NCBI GenBank assembly: GCA_934462945.1
Contig: CAKSJF010000026.1
Location: forward strand, 1 to 30,136
Direction of reading: 5' to 3'
Length of the DNA stretch: 30,136 nucleotides
Source of the DNA: an uncultured Clostridia bacterium
GTDB taxonomy: Bacteria > Bacillota > Clostridia > UBA1381
Positions 1 through 8,600 of the stretch are shown here, one piece after another (the first letter of the stretch is position 1; every line of letters begins with the position of its first letter). The translations under genes and the position numbers were made by a program. The notes beneath the pieces are model-generated. The model was not told the origin of the DNA and made no database searches. It saw only the letters and a list, made by a program, of their open reading frames with translations.

Positions 1-58
1 GTAGAGCGTCACCTTGCCAAGGTGAACGTCGCGAGTTCGAATCTCGTCTTCCGCTCCA
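1..58 (+). tRNA. tRNA-Gly (anticodon GCC), 5' end cut by window edge
   Basis: Anticodon stem-loop cacc-TTGCCAA-ggtg, T-arm gcgaGTTCGAATCtcgt, 3' acceptor strand cttccgc, discriminator t and encoded CCA ending at 58. Confidence 0.85.
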
Positions 59-63
59 TTTAC

Positions 64-98
64 AAAAGACGCATTTTTAAATAAATCTGCGTCTTTTT
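64..98 (+). terminator. Hairpin with T-tract between the two tRNA genes
   Basis: aaaagacgca (64-73) pairs with tgcgtctttt (88-97); the T-run extends to 98. Confidence 0.55.
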
Positions 99-104
99 AC
101 ATAA

Positions 105-179
105 GGCACCATAGCCAAGAGGTAAGGCAGAGGTCTGCAACACCTTTATGCCCCAGTTCAAATCTGGGTGGTGCCTCCA
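105..179 (+). tRNA. tRNA-Cys (anticodon GCA)
   Basis: 75 nt. Acceptor ggcacca pairs with tggtgcc, anticodon stem-loop aggt-CTGCAAC-acct, T-loop cccaGTTCAAATCtggg, discriminator t and CCA at 177-179. Confidence 0.9.
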
Positions 180-184
180 CACGT

Positions 185-213
185 CGGAGCAAAGTTCGCT
201 TTGCTCCGTTTTT
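185..213 (+). terminator. Rho-independent terminator after tRNA-Cys
   Basis: cggagcaaag (185-194), loop ttcg, ctttgctccg (199-208), then TTTTT (209-213). Confidence 0.8.
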
Positions 214-493
214 CTGTGCAGAAAAACATCCGCCCGCTTCCTTGCTCCTCCTTTATCGCAAAAGGTCACATTCGCGTCGGCTATTCGGTTGCAAGCGCCC
301 TCATAACGCCTTTGGCTCATTACCAACCTTTTGCGAGTGCGCCTCCGGCGTATATATCTAAAAGGTTCAGTACTTCAAAAAAATTGACAAGATTCGAGAG
401 AAGCTTGTCGATTTTTACTTATTACTTATTCACTCTTCACTAAAATTTGTCGATTTTTTGGAAAGTAAAAAGTAAAAGTGAAGAAGTGAGGTG

Positions 494-515
494 CAAACTC
501 GCCGCGGCGAGTTTG
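494..515. other. 22-bp perfect GC-cored palindrome in non-coding DNA
   Basis: caaactcgccgcggcgagtttg is its own reverse complement. No clean T-tract follows on either strand. Confidence 0.6.
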
Positions 516-673
516 TATTAATAAAGATGAGAAGTTAGCAATGGTTTTTTCATTTTCAAATAACGAAATTGTTTACCTAATTGGTTTTGCTTTTTTCTAT
601 TCCATCCTTTGATATTTCCTGAAAGCTTATCTCAATTTTATTTTGGTTATTTTCAAAAAATCGCAAAAAACAA

Positions 674-702
674 TTGACAGACGACCGATCGGTAGGTATA
701 AT
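674..702 (+). promoter_or_regulatory. Consensus sigma-A promoter for the TetR gene, with a candidate operator in the spacer
   Basis: TTGACA (674-679), 17-nt spacer, TATAAT (697-702). A perfect 10-bp palindrome accgatcggt (684-693) lies inside the spacer. Confidence 0.7.
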
Positions 703-738
703 ATAAGTATCACTTAAAATTGGGAGAGATTATGAGCG

Positions 739-1362
739 ATGGATCATAGAAGTACAAAGCAAAAAATTTTAGATGCAGCGCTGGATTTATTTTCAACACA
801 AGGATTTGAGGAGACCTCTGTTTCACAGATTGCCGAGGAGGTTGGCATTCGCAAGGCTTCCCTGTACAGCCATTATGCAAGCAAGCAGGAAATTTTGGAG
901 AGCTTGATGCAGGAGGTTATGAGTCAGTATGAGTATCATTCGATTTTTTCAGAAACCAATCGGGAGGATGTCCCTTTTTTTCAGAACGGAGAGGAGTTCA
1001 ATATTGATTTGATTACCCAGATGATCATTGGGCAGATTCGGTATATTCTGCATGAACCTCCGGTTGTGAAAGCAAGAAAGATGCTGACGATTGAGCAATT
1101 CCGGAATCCGGTTTTAGCAAAGTTACAGACAAAACAGAATTATACCAATGTCATGAATTTTTTTGTTGATATCATGAAGCTTTTCATACAACAGAAAAAA
1201 CTTGCAGATCATGATCCGGAAATTATGGCGGCACAGCTATGTCTCCCGGTTTCCGTCTGGCTGAATCTTTGCGACCGTGAGCCGGAACGCGAGGAGGAAG
1301 TCATTGATCTGATTGAGCGGCATGTCCGGCAGTTTTTCAGGCTATATCAAGAAAAAATGTAA
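739..1362 (+). CDS. TetR/AcrR-family transcriptional regulator
   Basis: N-terminal TetR HTH signature KILDAALDLFSTQGFEETSVSQIAEEVGIRKASLYSHY. RBS gggagag lies about 10 nt upstream. The ATG at 732 is out of frame and stops after 5 codons. Confidence 0.85.
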   Translation: MDHRSTKQKILDAALDLFSTQGFEETSVSQIAEEVGIRKASLYSHYASKQEILESLMQEVMSQYEYHSIFSETNREDVPFFQNGEEFNIDLITQMIIGQIRYILHEPPVVKARKMLTIEQFRNPVLAKLQTKQNYTNVMNFFVDIMKLFIQQKKLADHDPEIMAAQLCLPVSVWLNLCDREPEREEEVIDLIERHVRQFFRLYQEKM

Positions 1363-1384
1363 GATGGTAAGAATTTATGGAGAT

Positions 1385-1424
1385 AAAAAGAACAAGAACT
1401 CTGTTGTTGGGTTCTTGTTCTTTG
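1385..1424. terminator. Bidirectional terminator between convergent genes
   Basis: agaacaagaac (1389-1399) pairs with gttcttgttct (1411-1421), flanked by an A-run upstream and T's downstream. Confidence 0.7.
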
Positions 1425-1427
1425 TCT

Positions 1428-2537
1428 TTAACCAAAAACGCGTTTGATTGCTTCCAAATAGCCATAGCCGTACAGATCGTCCGGTTGGAGATAGCTGGTT
1501 TCTGTCCATTCGTTCCAGCTATTGACGGTAATGAGGTTGACGTTATGCGTATCGGCATAGTCCTTTGCCATCCGGAGCGCTTTTTCAAATTCCTCCGGCG
1601 GATTTTGTTTCGTTACATTCTGCATTGTTGCAGCGCCATAGCGCGGTGTGTTGTCCCAGCCAACCGAAACATGCGGAAAGAACGGTGCGCGGCATTCCCG
1701 GTCAATGGAATCCCATTCTGCCTTGACATCCGGAAGAATTTCGCAGTAGTCCCGGTTCATGTTGCAAAAATGCGTAAACTGATAGTGGGTAACCGAGGAA
1801 AACGGAAAATAGGATGTGATTTCCGCGGCGGTTAGTGTGTGGACAACATTGTCAAAGCCGGAAAGGTTTGCGGAAATACTTCCGAATTTGATATACTGAT
1901 AGTGCATACCGGAAAAACCGCATTTTTTTGCTTCCTCATCCAGCCACAAAAGTGCGTCTCTTGCCGCCTCCGCGCCGCCCAGACCGTCGATCAGGTTTTG
2001 CAGCTCATAAATACTCAAAACAGGCTTATTGTCAATTTTGTAGTATTCCAGGAGCGGAAAATATAACTCTAGCCAACGCTTTCCGATTACTTCAAACTGC
2101 TCTCTGGTGACAGCGCCCTTCCAAATATGGGTGTCGCCGTCAATAGCTGCAATTCTGCAATCCCATCCATAGGTCACGTCGTGGTTTGCCCACATTAAGT
2201 AGAATTTCATCCGGGAGCGGTTTTTTGCCTTTAAAAATCCGTCATTTAAACACTGCTCTAAAAACGGGCGGTTGTCAAACCAATACCAGTCGTAGATAAA
2301 CACATTCACCCCATGGTCTGCCGCTGCGTCAATTTCCATCTCCATCACTCTCGGATCAGCCTCATTTACATAACCCCAAAGCGGCTTTCGCGGCCATAAA
2401 TGCCCCGGAAACTGTGGTTTTGCTGCTTTTACGGTTTCCCATTCTCCATAGCCATCCGGCCAGAAAATCCGCGTCCGCGGTTCGTTTCCGGTATATGCCG
2501 GCCAGATGTATGCCGCAATATCATATTTTTTCTTCAT
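1428..2537 (-). CDS. GH99-like / WbsX-like glycosyl hydrolase or transferase domain protein
   Basis: Pattern YIWPAY...GYGEWETVKAAKPQFPGHLWPRKPLWGY...FIYDWYWF...YLMWANHD resembles my recollection of the WbsX/GH99-like family. I chose the ATG at 2537 (aaggag plus 8 nt) over the GTG at 2546, which abuts the RBS. Confidence 0.55.
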   Translation of the reverse strand: MKKKYDIAAYIWPAYTGNEPRTRIFWPDGYGEWETVKAAKPQFPGHLWPRKPLWGYVNEADPRVMEMEIDAAADHGVNVFIYDWYWFDNRPFLEQCLNDGFLKAKNRSRMKFYLMWANHDVTYGWDCRIAAIDGDTHIWKGAVTREQFEVIGKRWLELYFPLLEYYKIDNKPVLSIYELQNLIDGLGGAEAARDALLWLDEEAKKCGFSGMHYQYIKFGSISANLSGFDNVVHTLTAAEITSYFPFSSVTHYQFTHFCNMNRDYCEILPDVKAEWDSIDRECRAPFFPHVSVGWDNTPRYGAATMQNVTKQNPPEEFEKALRMAKDYADTHNVNLITVNSWNEWTETSYLQPDDLYGYGYLEAIKRVFG

Positions 2538-2623
2538 GTGCTTCACTCCTTTTTTCTTAGCATAGCATATCCGAAAGAGAGAAACATCCGAAAAAATACA
2601 TTTTTTATTGCAGATCTGACCAA

Positions 2624-3466
2624 TTATTTTGCAATCAGATTTCTTCCGATTTTTTCTGCAAAGCTTAAAGCAGGCGCTAACAGTTCGTTATCGAGTTTTC
2701 CTAAAAAGCCGAAAATTTCAAAAGTCAGATCTCCACTGTAGCCGATTGCTTTTAAGGCGCTCATAATTTTTTGGTAGTCCATAGAGCCGAACAGCGGAAC
2801 AATATGCTGATCGGATTTCAGATTATTGTCATGAACATGCAGAGATTTCAAAAGACGGCTGTCCATGGCGGCAATCACGTCCTCCGGAGCGCGTCCGGTG
2901 ATGGCGGAATGTCCGAGATCGACACAGATATTAAAGCAGTCTGCCCCCAGTGATTTCACAAATGCAATATGATCCTTTGGGTCGGACAGAATCCCGGAGA
3001 GTGTGCCGTCATGAAATGTGAACAGGTTTTCCACCGATACCTCAATACCGAATTTCTCACAGTAAGGGATCAGGCTTTGGTAGTATTTTCGGTTATATTC
3101 ATAAAAATCTACCTCCTCCGGAAGTTCGCAGACGGCATGCACAATCACCGTTTCCGCACCTAAGATCGATGCAACTTCCAGGGAACGGATCAGTTCCTGG
3201 TAAACAGGGTCGGATAGTTCCATTGCATTTTTATAACGAAACACAAACGGTGCGTGTGCCTGGTTGCAGGTGATACCAAGCCCGTCGGCATAACGGCGCA
3301 GATCCTCTGCACGCTCCCGGTAGTCCTCTCCTAACATGTAGTTTTGCTCGGTTGTCCCATACATAGAATAGTCAAAGTGATCGTATCCGGCATCCCGGAT
3401 CATTTTGATTGCTGTTTTGTCATCAAAGCGGTTTTGCATCACATAGGTTTCTGTTGATAGTTTCAT
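2624..3466 (-). CDS. Sugar-phosphate isomerase/epimerase (xylose-isomerase-like TIM barrel)
   Basis: Typical family layout: IKMIRDAGYDHFDYS, LGAETVIVH, VENL, ICVDLGH, HVHDN. The ATG at 3466 has the best RBS spacing (aaggag plus 8 nt); the ORF-track start at 3475 is also possible. Confidence 0.7.
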   Translation of the reverse strand: MKLSTETYVMQNRFDDKTAIKMIRDAGYDHFDYSMYGTTEQNYMLGEDYRERAEDLRRYADGLGITCNQAHAPFVFRYKNAMELSDPVYQELIRSLEVASILGAETVIVHAVCELPEEVDFYEYNRKYYQSLIPYCEKFGIEVSVENLFTFHDGTLSGILSDPKDHIAFVKSLGADCFNICVDLGHSAITGRAPEDVIAAMDSRLLKSLHVHDNNLKSDQHIVPLFGSMDYQKIMSALKAIGYSGDLTFEIFGFLGKLDNELLAPALSFAEKIGRNLIAK

Positions 3467-3488
3467 TATCATCACTCCTTTTTAGAAC

Positions 3489-3517
3489 ATTGTATCATTT
3501 TGGTGTCGTTTTGTCAA
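3489..3517 (-). promoter_or_regulatory. Promoter for the isomerase / GH99-like operon
   Basis: On the minus strand: TTGACA (3512-3517), 17 nt, TGaTACAAT with the -10 at 3489-3494. Confidence 0.6.
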
Positions 3518-3537
3518 TAAGTTGTTCTAAAAAATAC

Positions 3538-3566
3538 TTGAAAAAAATTTTACAATATGATACAAT
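3538..3566 (+). promoter_or_regulatory. Promoter for the serine-hydrolase gene
   Basis: TTGAAA (3538-3543), 17 nt, TGaTACAAT with the -10 at 3561-3566. Confidence 0.6.
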
Positions 3567-3586
3567 AAGAAAAACAAAAGAAAGGG

Positions 3587-4771
3587 ATGGTTTCTATCAA
3601 AGACTTTACGGATTTGAAGAATTTTATGGATCGGCTGACCTCCTGGATTATTCCGGGAAACAGCATGACGGTCTATTACAAAAATGAAAGGGTGTTTTCT
3701 TACAGTTCCGGGTTTTCAGATGTGGAAAACAAGCAGCGGATGCAGGGAGATGAGCTGTTAAACATTTATTCCTGCTCCAAGGTTGCCACGGTGACGGCGG
3801 CTTTGCAGCTGTATGAAAAGGGATTTTTCCTGTTAGATTCTCCGATTTCGGAGTTTATTCCGGAGTTTTCGGAAATGACGGTTCGGGATGAGAGCGGAGC
3901 AATCCGAAAAGCGAGAAATCCGGTCACCATGCGTCATTTATTTACTATGACGGCTGGATTAAGCTATGACTTATACAGTCCGGAAATCCAAAAAGTGCGG
4001 ACGCTTACAAACGGCAGAATGCCGACTGTGGAGGTTGCAAAGGGAATTGCAAAAGAACCGCTTTTATTTGAACCGGGTGAAAAATGGAATTACAGTCTTT
4101 GCCATGATGTACTTGCTGCGGTGGTAGAGGTGATATCGGGAGAGCGTTTTTCGGATTATGTGAAAAAGCACATTTTTGAACCGATTGGTGTGCAGGATAT
4201 TTATTATCACCGGAACGACGAAATCCGGAGCAGAATGGCAGAACAATACCAGTTTGTGAATGAGGATGATCGCAGCTTTGTGGAGCAGCAAATTCAGTCT
4301 TCCGGTACAAAGGGACATTTGATACATATTCATAAAGAGGCAGAATATGTTTTAGGTCCGGAATATGACAGCGGCGGCGCTGGCATTGTGGTGTCTGTAC
4401 CGGACTATGCGATTTTTGCAAGCGCACTTGCAAACGGTGGAATCGCACCGAACGGAGAGAGGATTCTATCTCCCGGCACGATTGAGCTTTTGCGGACAAA
4501 TCAGCTGAATGAGAACCAGAAAAAGCAGTTTGACTGGTCTCAGCTGACAGGCTATGGCTATGGTCTGGGTGTGCGAACCTTGCAGGATCGTGCCTTGAGC
4601 GGCTTTAACGGAGTATCCGGCGAATTTGGCTGGGGCGGCGCTGCTGGTGCAACCCTTTTAGCCGATCCGGACACCGGACTTGCCTATTTCTATTCTCACC
4701 ATATGTTAAATCCTCAGGAGGATTATTACCAGCCGAGACTGAGGAATGTAGTATACTCTTGTATGAATTGA
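3587..4771 (+). CDS. Beta-lactamase-fold serine hydrolase (esterase / class C-like), no signal peptide
   Basis: SxxK motif in IYSCSKVATV, downstream YSL (Y-x-N-like) and a Gly-rich GWGGAAG region. The N-terminus lacks a hydrophobic signal sequence. The RBS for the 3587 start is weak. Confidence 0.7.
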   Translation: MVSIKDFTDLKNFMDRLTSWIIPGNSMTVYYKNERVFSYSSGFSDVENKQRMQGDELLNIYSCSKVATVTAALQLYEKGFFLLDSPISEFIPEFSEMTVRDESGAIRKARNPVTMRHLFTMTAGLSYDLYSPEIQKVRTLTNGRMPTVEVAKGIAKEPLLFEPGEKWNYSLCHDVLAAVVEVISGERFSDYVKKHIFEPIGVQDIYYHRNDEIRSRMAEQYQFVNEDDRSFVEQQIQSSGTKGHLIHIHKEAEYVLGPEYDSGGAGIVVSVPDYAIFASALANGGIAPNGERILSPGTIELLRTNQLNENQKKQFDWSQLTGYGYGLGVRTLQDRALSGFNGVSGEFGWGGAAGATLLADPDTGLAYFYSHHMLNPQEDYYQPRLRNVVYSCMN

Positions 4772-4806
4772 AAACCCCCCTGCAGAGAAAATGCAGGGGT
4801 TTTTTT
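4772..4806 (+). terminator. Rho-independent terminator
   Basis: cccctgca (4777-4784), loop, tgcagggg (4792-4799), then TTTTTTT. Confidence 0.8.
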
Positions 4807-4871
4807 GCGGGACGATGTGGACACCGTCCTCTACGGAGCAATATGCTTTTTTATAATTTGTCAGAAAGTTA

Positions 4872-4900
4872 TTGACTTTTGAATGAATGAGTGATATAAT
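4872..4900 (+). promoter_or_regulatory. Extended -10 sigma-A promoter for TetR-2 and the beta-helix gene
   Basis: TTGACT (4872-4877), 17 nt, TGaTATAAT with the -10 at 4895-4900. The palindrome TGGTTTgtAAACCA (4902-4915) sits immediately downstream. Confidence 0.65.
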
Positions 4901-4939
4901 ATGGTTTGTAAACCAAAGCAAAATTATAGGGAGGTTGTT

Positions 4940-5626
4940 ATGCCAAGAAAGTATAATAAACAGGAGTCAAAAGAAAGGATTTTATCTGCGTGCGTCAAGC
5001 TGTTTCTTGAAAAAGGCTATCACCGGACAACGCTTGCAGAAATCCTGAGTCAATCGCACACAACCAGTTCCACCTTTCAAAATATTTTCCGTTCCAAAGA
5101 CGGCGTTTTGCTGGATTTGACGGAATTTATGTTTGAAAATCAATTTTCAGCCGCGAGGGGGATTGGTGAAAGGGGACTGCCGCTGATTTACGTTTATGCG
5201 GTGGAAACGGCAATCCAGCTGACGCTTACCGAGCTGAATGAAAATTTAAGAGATATTTATGTGGAGGCATATTCCAATGAGCGTGTGATGGAATACATAT
5301 TTGAAAAAACCTCAACACAGCTGTATCAAATCTTTTCTGCGCATAATCCGGAGCTTTCGGAAAGTGACTTTTACGAGCTGGAAATCGGCACAGCAGGCAT
5401 CATGCGAAATTACATGGCAAAACGCTGCGATAAGTATTTTACACTGGAAAAAAAGCTGGAACGGTTTCTGGATATGAGTATGGGCGCATATCATGTTTCA
5501 AAGGAGGAGAGAAAAGAAGCGATTGAATTTGTCCTGGGGATTGATATTAAGAATGTTGTCAAACAGATTATGGAAAAGCTTTTTAATTCCCTGGCAATGC
5601 GGTTTGATTTTGAATGGGAGAAATAG
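4940..5626 (+). CDS. TetR/AcrR-family transcriptional regulator
   Basis: HTH region ERILSACVKLFLEKGYHRTTLAEILSQSHTTSSTFQNIF. The ATG at 4940 follows RBS agggagg by 5 nt. The ORF-track start at 4901 abuts the predicted -10 box and is unlikely. Confidence 0.8.
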   Translation: MPRKYNKQESKERILSACVKLFLEKGYHRTTLAEILSQSHTTSSTFQNIFRSKDGVLLDLTEFMFENQFSAARGIGERGLPLIYVYAVETAIQLTLTELNENLRDIYVEAYSNERVMEYIFEKTSTQLYQIFSAHNPELSESDFYELEIGTAGIMRNYMAKRCDKYFTLEKKLERFLDMSMGAYHVSKEERKEAIEFVLGIDIKNVVKQIMEKLFNSLAMRFDFEWEK

Positions 5627-5650
5627 AATCTGTGAAATGGGAGAAAAATT

Positions 5651-8600
5651 ATGAAAACAAAAAAATTGTTAGCTGTCGTTTTGTCGCTTGTGATGTGCAT
5701 TTGCATTCTGCCGCAGGCGGTTATGGGGGAAGAGACAGTCACCTTTACGGCAATTGACGGTTACGGCGAGTCAAGCGTTAACGAGCATTATTCAAAACTT
5801 TTGGACGGAAATACTGGCACAAAATGGGGAACAGGTTTTGATGGCAGCGTTTATGTTGTGATCAAAGCGTCCAGTCCGGTGATACTCACAGGATATTCCT
5901 TTACAACGGGAAACGACAACGCGAGCTGGCCCGGAAGAAATCCGAAGGATTGGGAGATATTTGCATGCAATGACTATGATGAACAAAGCAAGAGCGGAAA
6001 TTGGGAGAGCATTGCGAAAATAGAAAACGATCAGACGCTGAAAGATGTCAATAAGGAAACGTATCATTTTACAATAGACGGCGCGGCAAAGTATCAGTAT
6101 TACAGATTGGTTATCACGGCAACCCAAGGGGATTCCTTTATGCAGCTGAGCGAAATGGGCTTTACATATAGCTTGTGCGTGCATGAATGGGAAATGACTG
6201 AAACCCTGGCAACCTGCACAGAACCGGCTTATATAATCTCGACCTGTAAAAAATGCAGCGAGGAGAAAAAGGAGCAGACGCATGCCGCGCTCGGACATGA
6301 GACAAATGGAGGCAGTGTTTGCACACGGTGCGGAAACACACTTCCGGTAAGGGTTGGCGAAACATATTATGCCGATCCTGTGACGGCTGTGGATGAGGCA
6401 GCTGAGGAAAGTACGATTGTACTCCTCGCTGATTGCAGTATTGAAAATACCATTCCTATTGACAAAAATCTCACGCTGGATCTAAACGGTTTCACTGTGA
6501 CAAAAACCGGAGACGGCGGTGTGATTGTAGTTGACGGCAAAAAAACCTTTACCCTGACCGATACAAGCGAAACAAAAACCGGAACGCTCACGGGCGGCAG
6601 CGCAAATGGGCGAGGCGGCGGTGTGAATGTAGAAAGCGGCAGTACATTTTATATGAAGGGCGGCACAATTTCCGATTGCAGCGCAAGGGTGCAGGGCGGC
6701 GGTATATGTGTGAATAACGGTGCTGGGCTTTATATGTCAGATGGTGCTGCAATTATAAACTGTCAGACACCGACAAACACCGGTGGTGGAATTTGTGCAT
6801 ATGGAACAGTAAATGTTACTGACAGTAAAATTATCGGTTGCAGTGCCAATTTTGGCGGCGGCATTTTTGTAAATGGTGATCTGGGCAATGGGATGCTTAC
6901 GATCAACAACAGTTTGATCGAAAATTGCAGTGCAGGAACACAGGGCGGCGGTATTGGTGCTGACTACGGCGCAATTGTTATGGTCGAAAATAACACAATC
7001 ATACAAAAAAACAGTGCCACCGTTTATGGGGGCGGTGGTATTCATCTGCGTGATAAATCAGGCTATCATACTATTGTAACCGTAAAGGATAGCAGCATAG
7101 CAGAAAATACAGCTCCCGGCGGAGCCGGTATCTGGGCGCTTGATGGTGCGGAATGTGTGCTGGATCATGCAAAGGTCGAAAAAAATAAGTCTACAAAGAC
7201 AGATGATGATGGAGGAGGCGGTATCGGCATTTATAATGGCAGTACTGCCACGATTCAAAACGGAAGTGAGATCAATGAAAACATCTCCGCGCATGATGGC
7301 GGCGGCATTTATGCAAAAGCGAATGCCACGGTTCATGTAACCGATAGCAGTATGTGGAAAAACAAAGCAAAACAGTATTCCGGCGGTGCGATCTATGCAA
7401 CCAATGATTCAACGGTAACGGTAGAGCAAAGCAGACTTTCTGAAAATACAGCGACAGGAAACGGCGGCGGTATTTATGCGATACACTCTGTGGTGAATCT
7501 GAATCAGGAGTCCTATATTGCTTCTAATAACGCTCAGTGGGGCGGCGGTGTATATATTCATTCGTCTGATTTGACCGCAAATAACGCAAACATTCAAAAT
7601 AATATCGCAAGCGCATTCGGCGGCGGTGTTATGGTTCAGACCAATAGCGACCGTGTAACGAATGCAACAATTATCGGTGGCGAAATCTCCGGAAATACGG
7701 CAAATGCTTCCGATAATGGCGGCGGAGGAATCTGGATTAACGGCAATGCAAGTTATAAAACAACTGTTAATATCAGTCAGTGTAGTATTGTAGAAAATAC
7801 CGCATCCTATGGCGGAGGAATTCAGGTAAAGAATGATGCCGCAATTTTGAATTTAAAAACCGGGACGGTCATTTTTAGAAACCATGCGACCAAAGCCGGC
7901 GGCGGTATCTATAACAGTTCGGAAAATCTGAATGTTGAGGGTGATCCGCAGATATACAGTAATGATCTAATTAACACAAGCGGAGATCCAATACAAAGCA
8001 ATCTCCATTTGACCTCCGGCAAAAAAATTTCCGGAAGTCTGGAACCGGTGAATGCACCGCCGAGAGTATTTGTAACCCTGGAGGATAAGGCGCAGAATGT
8101 GACCAATGCCTTTGACAATGATTGCAGTGCATTTATTCGTTCAGATGATGCAAGCTATTATGTTGTGTATGACGAAGCAGCGAAAGCGCATAAGCTGACA
8201 GATGCTGTCCGTATCACGTTAGATCCGCAGACTGAGGGAGAATATCCGATTCAGGAGTCGGCGCCAAAGGGTGGTGTATTCGCAAATCCGGAGTATGCGC
8301 CTTGGTGGTCTGGACACCGTTTCCTGGGATGGTATAAGGATGGGGAACGGTATGATTTTCGCCAGACAGTTACCGAAGATTTCACCCTGACCGCAAAATG
8401 GGCAGAGGACGGAAAAGCCGCGATTGAGCTTTTACCGGAGGAAAACTACCTTGTTTCGGGGCTTGACGGAGAGGGCATTGTCTATCTGGCAAGCTATAAC
8501 GCAGCCGAAAATCTTTTGGATACAAAACTCATCACAGCAACAAATGGCGAAATGCCGATTAGAAAGACTTTGCTGGAAACCGAGGGCGCTGCAAAAATCA

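Noticed and set aside
257-335. 10-bp inverted repeat cgcaaaaggt / accttttgcg separated by 59 nt downstream of tRNA-Cys.
   Set aside because: A 10-bp match within about 100 nt is expected a few times by chance in 30 kb (about 3 million position pairs times 4^-10). The enclosed sequence shows no supporting inner helices.
60-443. Two ORF-track entries (60-326 minus, 88 aa; 168-443 plus, 91 aa).
   Set aside because: Both run through the tRNA-Cys gene and its terminators, lack an RBS, and have unremarkable composition. The tRNA calls explain the region better.
1377-1835. Antisense ORFs of 100-170 aa opposite real genes: 1377-1835, 4005-4499, 5792-6298, 12500-12922, 21255-21746, 24596-24916, 26821-27294 and 27982-28368.
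   Set aside because: Each lies opposite a gene with clear family motifs and shows low-complexity, basic or Cys-rich composition with no start context. I treated them as shadow ORFs.
3489-3565. Inverted repeat attgtatcat / atgatacaat in the divergent intergenic region; looked like an operator pair or an invertible-element border.
   Set aside because: Each arm is simply the extended -10 box (TGATACAAT) of one of two back-to-back promoters, each with a properly spaced -35. No recombinase gene is nearby.
4901-4939. Longer N-terminal extension of TetR-2 (ORF-track start at 4901).
   Set aside because: The ATG at 4901 directly abuts the predicted -10 hexamer and has no RBS. The ATG at 4940 has agggagg at 5-nt spacing, and the TetR HTH begins right after it.
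6600-7960. Periodic ggcggcgg-containing units at about 75-nt spacing, considered as a DNA tandem repeat or CRISPR-like array.
   Set aside because: The periodicity is at the protein level (GG[GA][IV] beta-helix coils). The nucleotide units are highly diverged, sit in one continuous ORF, and lack identical repeats with unique spacers.
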